DNA of 64,000 nt from Lepidodermella squamata. Lineage: Eukaryota > Animalia > Gastrotricha. Location: positions 186,001-250,000 of the forward strand of contig JBLDXI010000050.1 in NCBI GenBank assembly GCA_047495785.1, read 5' to 3'. The notes under the pieces were generated by a model. It saw only the letters and a program-made list of their open reading frames with translations, was not told the DNA's origin and searched no databases. Below, piece after piece: positions 37,231-50,228 of this stretch. The translations under genes and the position numbers were made by a program. The first letter of the stretch is position 1. Every line of letters begins with the position of its first letter.

Positions 37231-38026
37231 GGTGAATTTCTCTTAAAAACAGAACAGTGACAAACCCAAGCGCTTTGGTTAAACCTAATTGAAAATTCGA
37301 AAGGGGCGTTTTAATTGCTTGTTTACACCTGCGCCCAATTAGAATCGTGTTCGAAAAACTCCCAGATAGTGATGGGAGTAGCATTCAATTTTCTGGCCAG
37401 GAGATTTTAATTGTATGTTTACATTGCTTATTTTAACAGTACCAACCAACGAAAGGATTCACCCCCCTCCAGACCATAAAGAGCAAAAATGGAGATTTAC
37501 CTTTTTTGTCAGCTTTAAGAGGTTTGGGAGCGTGTTTTAGTGGGAAATCACATGTTTCTCGCTTCGCTCGAATTTGTGGTTGAAGCAGCGAGAAATGCCG
37601 GGAATCTTTTCCTAAAAGGGTTCATGTTATATCAGTAATGAGAAACAATCCATCCAGTTGTGACAGATAATTTCGTAAAATCAGTTCATGAAGCAGCCAC
37701 TTTTGTTAAGAATCGGAGAAAATAACATATTTAGTGTTTTTGTGATTTATTGCTTCCGGTGAAAAGTGGCTGCTCCTTTCTGCATTTTTAGCAATCGGTC
37801 AAATATCGAGATTGCTTGAATACCTGGTTGCAAAACCGATCGATTTAATTAAATCAGCTCAAAACTCCTATATATTAGCTCTGATCACAAACCGGAAGAC
37901 ATTGTTTGCTTTAAAAAAACGACGACTCCATATTAACTTCGGGTGGTTAGCGAAAAATCGATGCTCGGCTTTTATTCCAGCAAAACTGGCATTCAATTTG
38001 AAACAATCGCAAATTAAAAAATTGTG

Positions 38027-41005
38027 ATGTTTGTAATAATCTTTCTGGTAGCACTTGTAGGCGCAGAGGAATCATCCTGGTTCGGCATGATCCGAGATGA
38101 TTTTCTATCAACTTACCCCGATATTAAATCGCCTAATTTACCATCCGAGTATCGGATGCGATGCGGCGAAGAACTGCCGGTTGGCTTGACTTTGACTGCG
38201 TTCAGAATGCTTGAAGTCGATGACCTACAAAAATCGTATGTTTGATTGGATCTTTCGTTATTATCGAGATTCTTATAAATTCACGCGAATAGAATGTCAA
38301 TATCTGGGTGAATCCACGAGTGACGTACAGAGAAAAATCCACCACCTCGAGATGCTATAAGCGAGCTAGCATCGGAATAGGTGATTCAACACCCATAAAT
38401 TTATATTCATTGGAAAGAGGAAGATTTTTTGCGTCTTTGCCTACAAAATCTAAGCTGGAGACTAAACGGGCGTGACTTGGTCGACGATACAAAGTCGCGT
38501 GACAGACAGAGAAAAAAATCCAGCGATTTTGGGTTCGATTTTGCAAATCAGATTTCCTCTGAATTAAAGCAGTTGGAGGCTTGATTTTTCATCCCATAAT
38601 TCGCGTATAACGTCTAGTTTGTTTTCCGGTAAAAAATAAGGGCTAATCATGCATACTTTGATAGTGATGCCCGAAAAACGCCGTGACGTACAGAGAAGTC
38701 CTAACGTGACGTACAGAGGACCATTTTTTAGATGCTACCTATCGTCGTAGCTTGCGAATATATCATCATCTGGGTATTTTTCGACGTTATTTGACAGCAG
38801 CTAACTTATTAGCATATAATTCTGTGCTTAGTTTTGCAATTAAGCATGCAGGTTTCATTGGTCTAATTTTAGGCACTCGTGAGACCCCACAAATTTAAGG
38901 AATCACCGTTTTTTCGATTTTACAGATATCCTAGTGAACTTTTTTGAGTTAGGACATCGTTTATCATGATTCTTAATGTTTCCGACCCTCTAGAAGCTCC
39001 GTAGGTGCTACAATTATCGAATTTCATATTTTCACCTGCTGCAGCTTAGGCTAAAAAATACTGTTCACCAGCTTCGCGACAGAATTAAACGCCTCAGGAG
39101 CACCGAACGGATCGAAAACATCGACAAATATATAGAACATAGTACAATAAGCAAGAAAACACTCATCCCATGGTTTAGGATCCTATTTGGGAGGTGCACG
39201 AGGCTGATGGAAAAGACTTAAATTTGACCATTTAGCACAAAATCTGGATAGGTTCATAATTAGGCTTCAAGCACTAGTTGGAACATCAACAACGGTTTGT
39301 TTAAGTTAATTATATGCCACTTGCCATTAAAATAACCATTTCCAGCCATTAGGATGATTTTTAAGAATTCAGGTGAACAGAAACGTTCCGTTGGTAACCA
39401 TTTCTCTGTTCGTCACGATGAGATAATCCTCTGTACGTCACGCGCTTTTCTCATCTCTGGGAGTTTTCTGCAGGCAGCCAAGTATCAAAAAATGTTAATG
39501 AGGGTTCCGGGGAAGAGAATAAAAAGTTTTGGGCTGATTGGACCCGGTTCCACGGATTGGCGATGAAATTTCATTTTTTTCGTGACGTACAGAGAAATTT
39601 GACCCAATTTGACATTACATGGTGTCATTGCGTAATGAAACATCATGCAAGGTCGCGGCGACCTGCAAAACACTCGTCTCATATAGGCGGAAATAGTTAC
39701 CTAGCCGTTGAAAGCTGGAAACACCTGGACTTGAATAAGAATAAGTGCAAAAAATATGAAAAATTGACCCAAATTGGCTTCTTATACACTGAGTTACGTA
39801 ACAGACTGTCAAAGGTGTGATAATCGGGTAATTTAGAGAAAATTTTGCCAAAAAATGAAAGTTCAGATCACGAGCTTTCTGAAAATATATAATATATGAG
39901 GCAAATGCCAATTTTATTTTTGAGCTCCCCGGTTGACAAGATCGTGGATTCACCCATCTGGAATAGTAAGGATTTCCTGGTATTACAACTGTGGCAAACC
40001 AGTCGATTGCTCGAGATTGGCGAATCCCTTGAGCCGAGATGCCTGTAACAAAAGCGCGGAACTCGTCAATTTTTGGTTACTTGCAGGCAAGCCTGATGAA
40101 GCGCCTATTTGGTACCCTCAGCTGATTCACTACAATGGATTGACCACCAGTCGAACTCTTGAAGAGTAAGTCAAAGCTAGTTTATTTGAGCATCCTCAAG
40201 CCTTCTAGCCTTCGAGCTTTTAAGATATTAAACTAGCATTTGTCTCGAACTTGAATCCTGATTTTTCAGACTTGGTTCCGACATTGAGGTCTCGTTGTAT
40301 CCCGATGGCCGTTTAAATGGTCGCTATGACAGTTTCGGAACGATTTCATCAATCTGCAACAACGCTTCATTCAGATCCTTTCCTTTCGATGTATTCCGAT
40401 GCACAATCAAATTCTGGTCTCGTGACACTGCGAATAAAGTCGCGTATAACATTAAGCAGTTCAAACTATACCCGGATTTCGTCGGCGATTCGGACATTTG
40501 GAGTCTGGACAGCCACAGCAGCTCACTGTCATCAGTAGGAAACAGTGAGAACCAGACGTTCAAGTATGTTCTATTCGATATTTCGGTCAGGAGGAAGCCA
40601 GTTTACTACGTTGCTACGATCTTCCTACCGACCTATGGGCTATTCCTAACTCAAATTATGGCCATAGTCATCCCACCCGATTCACCAGAACGTGCGAATT
40701 TCAGCATGACTGTCGTGTTAGCGTACTCAGTAACCCTGGGCATGCTGTTCACAATGATACCGCAAACCTCTGAACTCGTCTATATCGTTCTGCTGATTTC
40801 GCTGAAATATGGAGCTGGTATTTTGTTGACGGTTTACATGCTGATAACTTGCGAATTGGCCACAAAGCCATGGTACGCTGGGAAAATTCGCTTCGGCCGT
40901 TTCATGACTTCACGAATCCGTATTATTGACGTGCTAATTGCCGTGCTCACTTTGCTGTGTATTCTATTATCAGACTTCGCACTGATTGTACTTATGTCAT
41001 CCTAA
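38027..41005 (+). pseudogene. Cys-loop channel subunit LGIC-a, copy 2; exon 2 interrupted by a transposon
   Basis: Near-identical to 17000-18214 and has a complete M4, but carries a 1650-bp insertion in exon 2. Confidence 0.85.
38306..39955. mobile_element. Non-autonomous DNA transposon (Sola2-like), recent insertion
   Basis: 14-bp TIR GGGTGAATCCACGA, 4-bp TSD ATCT, internal GTGACGTACAGAG repeats; the empty site is visible at 17278-17281. Confidence 0.9.
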
Positions 41006-41634
41006 ACGGTGTGTTATTTGGCTATTAATATTATCAAAATAAAATCGCATGAAAAACATGCATGGGATCGTGCCAACAATTGGGGCGAGAAGTCGCCACA
41101 TTCAAGGCAGCATCAGCGAGAAAAGAACGGCTTCACAATGAGGCCTACAGCAACAGTGATCACTAGATTTGGGAAACGATTCAGTTGAAATATCAAAGGC
41201 TCCTGCAATCTGACAACTTCAATTTTCACAATTCTCTCTCTACGGCGCCACATTCCAAACCAGTCTCTCGTGGGAGTAGGATTAACTCGATCGTTTGCGA
41301 TCAGTTTCAGAATAACTTCTATCTTATGCCTCACCTCTTTTCTTTATTAGAACTCTGAAACATTCAAAATGTCTTACAATGAAGTAGTCTGTCTTATGCG
41401 TTTAAATTTGATACAAGAGTTTCTTCGAATGGTTTCTCAAAATAATTGAACAACTTGATTAATTAAAAGCGGTTCATACCTTTAATCCTTTTCGAAAACA
41501 AACAGGAAGACGTTGTTTGCTTCACCCTGCGTACGCCGCAACTTTACAGCTGGCTACCGAATAAAAAATCAATGTTCAGTTCTTATTTCACCAAAAATTG
41601 CAAAAAAAACATAAAACAATCATAAAAGCTTGTG

Positions 41635-43198
41635 ATGCTGGTAATAATCTTTCTGGCAGCACTTGTAGACGCACAAGAATCTCGAATCGGCGCGATCAGA
41701 AATGATTTTCTGGCTACTTTAACCGATATAAAATCGCCCAACCTACCATCCGAGTATCGAATAATGTGTGGCGTGGAGCTGCCGGTTAACATGAGTATGA
41801 CTGCGTTCAGAATGGTTGAAATCGATGACCATCACAAGACGTAAGTTTCAGATAACCAGTTCGATTTATCCTAAATTCGCACCCTCATAGAATGACGATA
41901 TCTGCAATCGTGAGGTTCACTTGGTACTACAATTGTGGCGAAGTTTTGAATTGTTCGATTTTGCCGAATACCCTCAGCCGAGATGTCTGTTCCAAAAACG
42001 GCGATCTTGTCAATTTTTGGTCGCCTGATGGAAAGCCGGACGAAGTACCTGTTTGGGCTCCTCAACTGGTTCACAACAACGGATTAGCAACTGGCCGAAC
42101 TCTACAAGGGTAATTATCCAAGCATGATAAGGTCGGAAAAATAGAACAATAATCGTAAATGAACAAATTGCAAAATAGAAAGGGATTCGAGCATTAGAAT
42201 TGACTGGATTCACCGGTCCATCCCAGCTTAATCACTTTGAATCAATATCGAAGGAAAGAGCAGAGCACGAAGTAAGGGGGGAATGGGGGATATCGTATCT
42301 CCAGTTCGCAGGACCAACTACAGGGGGGACCCTTTGACCTTTCATCATAAAATTTGGCCCGAAAATACCCCCTAGTTCGAGGAACATACTTCGCGCACTT
42401 TGAAAGAGGATTCGTTTAATTCCAGACTATTCCTCGCCTATATCCCTAATTATCCACAACAGGCTTGGTGCTGAGGTGGAAGTTTCATTGAATCGGGATG
42501 GTAGGATTATGGGTCGTTACGACAGTTTCGGTGCCATTTCATCTATTTGCAACAATGCAACATTCAAAAAGTTCCCGTTTGATGTATTCCACTGTACAAT
42601 CAGATTCTGGACTCGTGACACAGCAGATAAACTCATTTATCGAATTAAACTATTCCAATTACACCGGGATTTCATCAGCGATTCAGATATATGGAGATAC
42701 GATAGCAATTACGCTGAAATAACACCGTTGACAAATGGCGAGAATCAGACGTTCCAGGAACTTCGATTTGACATTTCAGTGCGGAGGAAACCGATTTATT
42801 ACGTGGCAACAATATTTATGCCGACCTATGGGCTATTCCTAACTCAAGTCATGGCCATAGTCATTCCACCCGATTCACCTGATCGAGCGAATTTCAGCAT
42901 GACTGTCGTTCTAGCGTACTCAGTAACCCTGGGCATGCTGTTCACAATGATACCGCAAACCTCTGAACTCGTCTATATCGTTCTGCTGATTTCGCTCAAA
43001 TATGGAGCTGGTATCTTGCTGACGGTTTACATGCTGCTAGCTTGCGAATTGGCCAGAAAGCCATGGTATGTTTGGAAGATCCAGGTCAGCCGTTTCAAGT
43101 TATCGCGAATCCGTATTATCGACCTTGTGTTCACTGTTTTCACTTTGGTATTTATTCTGTCATCAGACCTAACACTAATTGTCCTCATGACATCTTAA
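41635..43198 (+). CDS. Cys-loop channel subunit LGIC-b, intact; exons 41635-41840, 41891-42109, 42463-43198
   Basis: Signal peptide, IDD, WAP, Cys-loop CNNATFKKFPFDVFHC, RRKPIYY-M1-M2-M3, ~20-aa M3-M4 linker and RIIDL-M4; introns in the same positions as LGIC-a. Confidence 0.85.
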
Positions 43199-43849
43199 AC
43201 ATTGTGTTTTCACAAATATTGGCTATATTTGGTACTGACATTGACGAAGTGAAATCACAAGAAAAAATCAAATATAAGCATGCACCGAGCTTGGACTAAA
43301 AGGTCCCAAAAACAAAACTTATGATAGTTGAAAAATATTTTTTTTAGAGGTTTTTGCATTAAGCTACATCATACTACAAAATTCAAGATACTTCCAGATA
43401 AAAATGCCTAATTTTAGGAATTTGCTAGAAAATAACCGCGTCAACGAAAATTACAAGACGCCTTCTGTTACAGCGGGTCCCCAGATCAAGTAGACGATTT
43501 AACGCAAATTTCTTATAGATTTTTGCAGCAACTCAGGTCTTGACATAATCCGGGATACTCGGACTCTCGGAGCTTACTTTGTGGCGAAATCAGATGGGCA
43601 AGTCAACTCGGTCAACCATGTTTTTACCGGAAAATCCCAGAATTCCTCAGGGTTTGTTTAATCGGGAGTGTCGAGAGCTTACAAGGAGCTGAATCAAAGG
43701 AATTCGATTTTGCCATGGCACCTATCTTTGCGGACATGCTTTTGCCGTTGAGGTCTCAGAATGCTATTTATTCTATCCTCGGACTTCTATCATCATGTCA
43801 TATTCAGCATCTGTTTTTCTTCACAATTTTTTGGCTATTTTTGTTCACA

Positions 43850-46581
43850 TTACCATAATGAAATAACAAGAACAACATTCGTTAAGAAGAAGCTTGCAAC
43901 TATCGCATTTGCATTTGATTTTTTAGCGTTTTTTGTGTCTGCTCCAGTTCCAGATACTTCCGTATCGATTTTACCACCTGGCGATGCGGTAGCTGCTACT
44001 TCAGTTGGGGAGGCATTCATTTTCAGCAAATTCACTTGCCCAAGTCTGTTTGAGCTTAGTCCAGTAAGAAGCTCGACAGCCTTTCTCTTCAATACATCCA
44101 CTGCCTCTGAAATTTTAGCCGCGATTTGATCCTCAGTCAATTGCGTCAGACTCCTCAGGGCCACGATATAGTCTGCTATGATGCTGCCCTTTCTGAACTT
44201 CAGAATTTGGACGCTCAGGATTGTTCCGTTCGTCGATGAAATGACGAGTTTTTCAATTGCTGGTGTCACGTACTGGGCAAGGGCATTGAAGGTGCCCGAA
44301 TTGGGGTCATCCAAAGCTTTATCCCATGGTTCTGACGAGACAACAAGATTCGACCCTGGAATTGTCAAATTCTCCCCAATTATGCTCATATTCATCAGTA
44401 ACTGATAGGAATAAGTCGCAGCTACGGTCGGCACTTGAGTTGAAGTCGTAGTCGTTGGGCCGTTTGTAGTTGAGGAGTTCGAATTCGAATAGAACTTGAC
44501 CTGATACAGGTAAGGGGCTCTTCGATACCCTGGGATGTCTCTAAGAAAATTCGCTCCAACGCCGTAGCGTAGATTCCCGCTTATGTCATGGAAATTCGGG
44601 ATATCTTTCGAGAAAACCGGATATACAGTTCCGTTGGCTTGACAGTAGATACGAAATGAAGTTCCTGCTTTCTCAATTGTCAGAATCTCCGCAGCATTCG
44701 GAAAGGCACATCCTCTAACATTTTCCGCTGTTATTTGAGTAGTCGAAAAGTTGCTAGGTGTTGATGCGGCTGATAGGGTGAAACTTCCGAGATTCATTCG
44801 CCAAATGACAACAAGGCCAGATATTTGGGACCAGTTTACATTGTACGCGTTCTCAGTTTTATCGACCGCTTGGTCAACATTGACACTAATTTGGTCGGCT
44901 AGCATGTAGAAATCAAGATCGCCCGTATGGGAATCTGCTGTCACGTGATACTCGATGTGCCAGTCGATTTTAGGCGAAAAAGTCTGGAAATGAGAGATGG
45001 AAATTCGAAAGCAGCTTATTTTTGAACTTGTTTTCCTGTTTCGATTTCCCCCAATTTTTATTTATTTACCTGTGAACTCCAAACACTGCCGTATTTCCCG
45101 AATGTAGCAAGCCGTATTGTCATACCATTTTCCGTTATCACTGCGGAACCTCTCACGTACTGTGTATCTAACATTAAAAACGAAACCTAAAATAGTGTGA
45201 TTTTAATTAAAGAACTTACAGAAATTTGCGATGTTTATTGAAAGGGATTCATCGTACGTCCATGGAACATTCGTGGAAGCTTTGACAATCGATTGAATGG
45301 CTGGAAAAAAATTAGGTAAAATGAGCTTTTCAATAAACTGCTTACTTCTCAAGCAGTGCTCATAGCAAACCGAAACATGATCTTGTCGATAGAATGCCGT
45401 ATTGAAATATTTGAGACAGCCGAGTTTGCCTTCAAAACCTGTGTCATTGCTTTGAAAAATACTTATAGCTGGGAATGTGAACTGGATTAGAAGTCCTTAC
45501 CTTTTCCCGACGATAAGGCTTAACTGCTGGTCGTTGGGTAAGGCCCAATTTTGTTTTGTTTTAATAGTGACCAAACCAGCTCCACCTCCTACCATTATGA
45601 CGTTGATACTCGTGTTGTTGATACAGGAGACGAGGACAAAAGTCCACTGATGTGGGACGTTGATTTTTACATTGGCTTGAAATGCCTCTGAACCACGCAA
45701 TAAGGTGATTTTCTGCTGTGTCGCGTCGTAGGACATCGTGATGTCAGGACCATTAGGTGTGTCGATCGTCCAAACCTGGCCAGATAAATCAGGCTTCATG
45801 AAAATACCAAGACTCCATTGCTGGCTGCCCTGTCCGGGAAGATTCCTTGCCACGACTTGCGAGTCATTTCGGAAGTAGTAGGTATTCAGGTTTTCCAGAG
45901 TATCGACTACAACCTCGAGGCTACTGATTCCGCTGTTCAGCGGCCTGAGATTGGTAGTGCTGGACATCGGCCAGAATGCCAGTAGATTCGAAGGCCCAGC
46001 ACCACCGCTACGGTCTCTGCAGCTGAAACTGGTCAAATCCGATATAAATTTGCCATTTAGGCAGGTTGTTTGTCGATAGACCCCTGAGTTGCACATCACC
46101 CTGATCACAGTATAGTTAGGATAGTCGATATCAGGTAACTTGGCTTGACCAGGCTGCCACGATACTTCTGAATCGTTACTCACGAAGAATTGGTCACCAG
46201 GAATCGTCCAACCAGTGATTCTACAGCTTTTCAGCTGGGATTCCGGATTTTCTAAAAATTTCAATTTTATGTCACAATTAATTCGTAAATCAAAACCAGC
46301 TCACGAAGATCAGAACAGCTGGGGACTGGATTTGACCAGTAGCCATTATCGAGGCATTTGATAGATGTCATATTCGTGGGGAAGGAGCAATTCAGCTCCA
46401 TTGTCACCCCGACCTCGAACCGCGTGGACTGTTTCGATGGGTGAACTTTTTGCACTGCGAGAAAGTCGAAGCCGTATTTTACCGTCATCGCATCCTTTGT
46501 TCCGCTCCAAGGGCATTGTTCTATTGCAAAAATGCTGGAGAAACACATTAAAAAATGCAACCCAACCCTTAGGACAATCAT
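43850..46581 (-). CDS. Sushi-LamG-L-lectin-mucin-SEA GPI-type surface protein, copy 5 (apparently intact)
   Basis: Same six-exon layout; VGK-SNDTGFEGKLGCLKYF LamG end; RLATFGKYGSVW lectin strand; FRKGSIIADY; hydrophobic tail. Confidence 0.78.
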
Positions 46582-46907
46582 ATCAGATATCCTATCAGTG
46601 AAATCTTGAAAATCACGAAAAATACAAGTTGGAGAAGTTTGTTTGTAAATCATATAAAATGTGCCAACATTTGCCCAATTATTTTTGAAACCAGCGGGAA
46701 AGCGAACTGTGAAGTTCGACTCGAAATTGATTGCAAACGATGAACCTCAACAGATTTTGACATTGCTCGTTTTTTTATCAGCAATATTTTCGACATTTGG
46801 ATGAAATCAGCTGAAAATTGATTCATCTCACAAAAACTTCGTTCAAGTCATTAAGGATTGTATAAGATGCAGAAAAGGTTATAGCCAAAGAAGTACTGAG
46901 GCTCCAC

Positions 46908-49734
46908 TTAGAATAACAAAGCAATCATAGCAATCATTAGGATACTGAGAGAGTTCGTTTTAAGCATGTTCGCGTTATCAGAGATTTTGCCCAAGTCAAG
47001 CTGTCCTTTGTAAAATTTGCCAGCAGCTGTGGCTGTCTCGACAGAACGATCCATTTTCACCAGATTCACCTGTCCAAGCCGGCGGAGACTGATTCCTGAT
47101 AGAAACTCGCCAACTTTTGTCTTCATTTGATTCACAACCACTGAAACTTTATCCGCGATTTGATCCTCAGTCAGTTGGGTCAGACTCCTCAGGGCAATGA
47201 TGTAGTCAGCGATAATACTACCCTTCCTGAATTTTACTATTTTAACGCTGAGAACTGTTCCGTTCATCGTTTGGGCTGTTGAAATCATAAGATTTTCGAT
47301 TGCTGGTATCATAAACTGAGCTAGTGCTTTGAATGTCTCTGAATCGGGGTCATTTAACGATTTATCCCATGGTTCTGTCGAAATTACTGAATTGCGGCTG
47401 GGGATTGTGACATTCTCCCCTGTTATACTGATATTCATCAGCAACTGGTAGGAATAGCTCGTCGATGCTTGCAAGTTCCCAATTGAAGTTTTTGTCGTTG
47501 TCCCTAACATAGACGGCTTCGCAATTACAGCTGGTTTGGTTGTAGAATCCTTCGCGTAAGAGTAAAACTTGGCTTGCATCAGATAAGCTGGGCTTTTGAA
47601 TAATTCGGTGTCCTGAAGGTAATACGCACCAATGCCATATCGTAGATTTTCAGAAATATTTTGAAAATTGGGTATATCTTCCTGGAAAACCAGCTTCATA
47701 TCGCCGTAGCCTTGACAATATATTTGGAACTTCGTTCCTATCTTTTCGATAACCAAACCGGTAACATACGCTGGATAAGCACATTCTGGCATGACCTGAG
47801 ACTTGAGTTGAATATTCGAAATATAATCAGGGGTAGTTGAGACTGATAGGGTGATATTTCCAATCTTCAAGCTCCACGTGACAACTAGCCCGGTGATACG
47901 AGACCATTTTATGTTGTACATGTTCTCAGGGGGTTCGGTTTTATCCATTTGGACACTCGTATGATCAGCCACTACGTAGAAATCAAGCCGACCCATATCG
48001 GTCGCTGCTCCAATGTAGAACTGGATGTTCCAGTCCATTTTTGGTTTGAAAGTCTGTTATAAAAGTAGCATTGAAGTAAGAAAAAATCAAGATCCCCAGC
48101 TAAGTTTAATGCTAAGGCTAGTCTAGGGGTTTTGGCTCACGGTTTCACGAACCAGCAATCTTAACTCTATCCGGAATCCCGGGCCATCATATGAAATTTG
48201 TATGAACTAATTACTTGTGAATTCCAAACAGTGCCGTATTGCCCGACTGAGGCGATTCGTATTGACAATCCATTTTCCGTTATGACAGCTGGACCTCTCA
48301 GGTACTGTTTATCTAGCATTGCAAAATAGAACGTTTTAAAACAGCAGGCGAAGATAACAGACAAATTCTACCAAAGTTTGCGACGCTCATCGAAAATAAG
48401 TCATCGTAAGTCCAAGGGAGCCGCGAATTCGCACTGGTTAAAAACGAAGGATTTCTGATGGCTGCGGAAAGATTCCGAGATAGGAAATTAATACTAGTAA
48501 AGTTAACTCACTTGCAAGACATTGTTGGTAGTAGATCTGAGAAGGGTTGGACGGGAGATAGCTCACACTGAAATATTGGAGGCAAGCAACGCGTCCCTCG
48601 AATCCATTATTAGGGCCAGAGTCCGCCCTGAAACAAGTGAAATCTGCCATGTTAATGTTCCTTTGATAGTCCTTACTTTTTGCCGACTATGAGGCGTATT
48701 GGCTGCTCGGTGGGTGGGGACCAGTTCTCCACGGTTTGAACAGCCACTGCCCCAACTACACCACCCGTCATTGCAACATACATACTTGAATTACTAACAC
48801 AGGACACAATGAGATGGGTCCATTTCTGAGGCTGAGTTATGTTGATGCTAACAGGCAATATCTCCGAGCCACGCAAAAGTACAATTTGCTGCAATTTTGC
48901 ATCATACGCAGCACTCGTATCAACAAGATTGTTAGAGCTCAGAGTCCAGATCAACCCGGATGAGTTGAAACTGATCAAAATACCTATGCTCCACTGTTGG
49001 CTACCCTGCAAATTCGTTGCAATTAGGCTCGAGTCCTTTTTCAAGTAGTAAGGACCTCTTGCAGGGTGATCCAAGCCGTTACCTCCGACCTTCATGTTGT
49101 TGATTCCAAGAGTAAGCGGTCCAAGGTATGTATCACTTGTCGATTGCCCACCTCCGCCTGTCCGTTCGTTGCAGTTAAAATTGTTCAAATCCGGTATAAA
49201 TTTGCCATTTAAACAGGTTGTTTGTCGATAGGCCCCTGAGTTGCACATCGCCCTGATCACAGTATAGTTTGGATAGTCGATATCGGGTAACTTGGCTTGA
49301 CCAGGCTGCCACGTTGTCTCAGAATCGTTACTGACGAAGAATTGGTCACCAGGGAGCGTAACCACATTGATCCTGCAGCTATTTATTTGATTTTCAGAAA
49401 TATCTAAAAAAATATCGAAGATTTAGGTGGATACGTTTTATCATTCTTCTAGCTCACGGAATTCAGCACAACGCGAGATTTGTTTAGACCAATAACCATT
49501 GTCCAGGCATTTTATCGACGTGAAATTTGAGGAGCAATTCAGCTCTAAGATTTGACCAACTTTGAACCACATATATTGCTTTGCCGGGATTGAGAGAGAT
49601 TGAGTAAGGAAGTTAAAGCCGTAGTTCAATGTCATAAAGTTCCCATCAGTGGTTCCGTTCCATCGGCAATCTTCAGCGGCGACGAGGAAGACGCGGCCGA
49701 GAAAAGTCCACGAAACAATGAATGGTAGTAGCAT
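46908..49734 (-). CDS. Sushi-LamG-L-lectin-mucin-SEA surface protein, copy 6 (in frame; lacks the NLKAYWPL strand)
   Basis: The exons checked splice in frame; in-frame deletion at the start of the LamG-like domain relative to copies 7 and 8. Confidence 0.75.
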
Positions 49735-50228
49735 TTAGTTTTCTGTTTTTCTTCAATGAAATTGAGGCGAAGACAAATGGGCTACAGACATTTTAATGAT
49801 GTGTTTGTTATTATTCAGGATTCAGGTTCAAGTCATACCATAACGATATGGCAAACACGGCTGTGGAGTGCATGCGAGATACTCTGAATACTACAAGTAA
49901 CCGAATATTCTAATTAAAATTATGCAATTAAAATTCATATCAAAAATAGAATGAACTCAGAATCTATCGAGCTACTGCCGAAATATTGAATTACTCACAA
50001 TTTGGTATTTTAAATTGTTCGATTCAGGATTCCGAGCTTTTCGTTTCTCTTAGTCTTCTGTAGCTATATTCTAAAATTTTACGAACGAATGAAAATCTTT
50101 TTATTTGTCCTTATTTTCCATGAACAATTTTCCTATCGATAATTTAGAATCAAACCATCATCAATCTAACAAAGCAAAATACAAAATAAAACACAATAGG
50201 AAAAGATAACTTCGAAATGAGAAAAATT

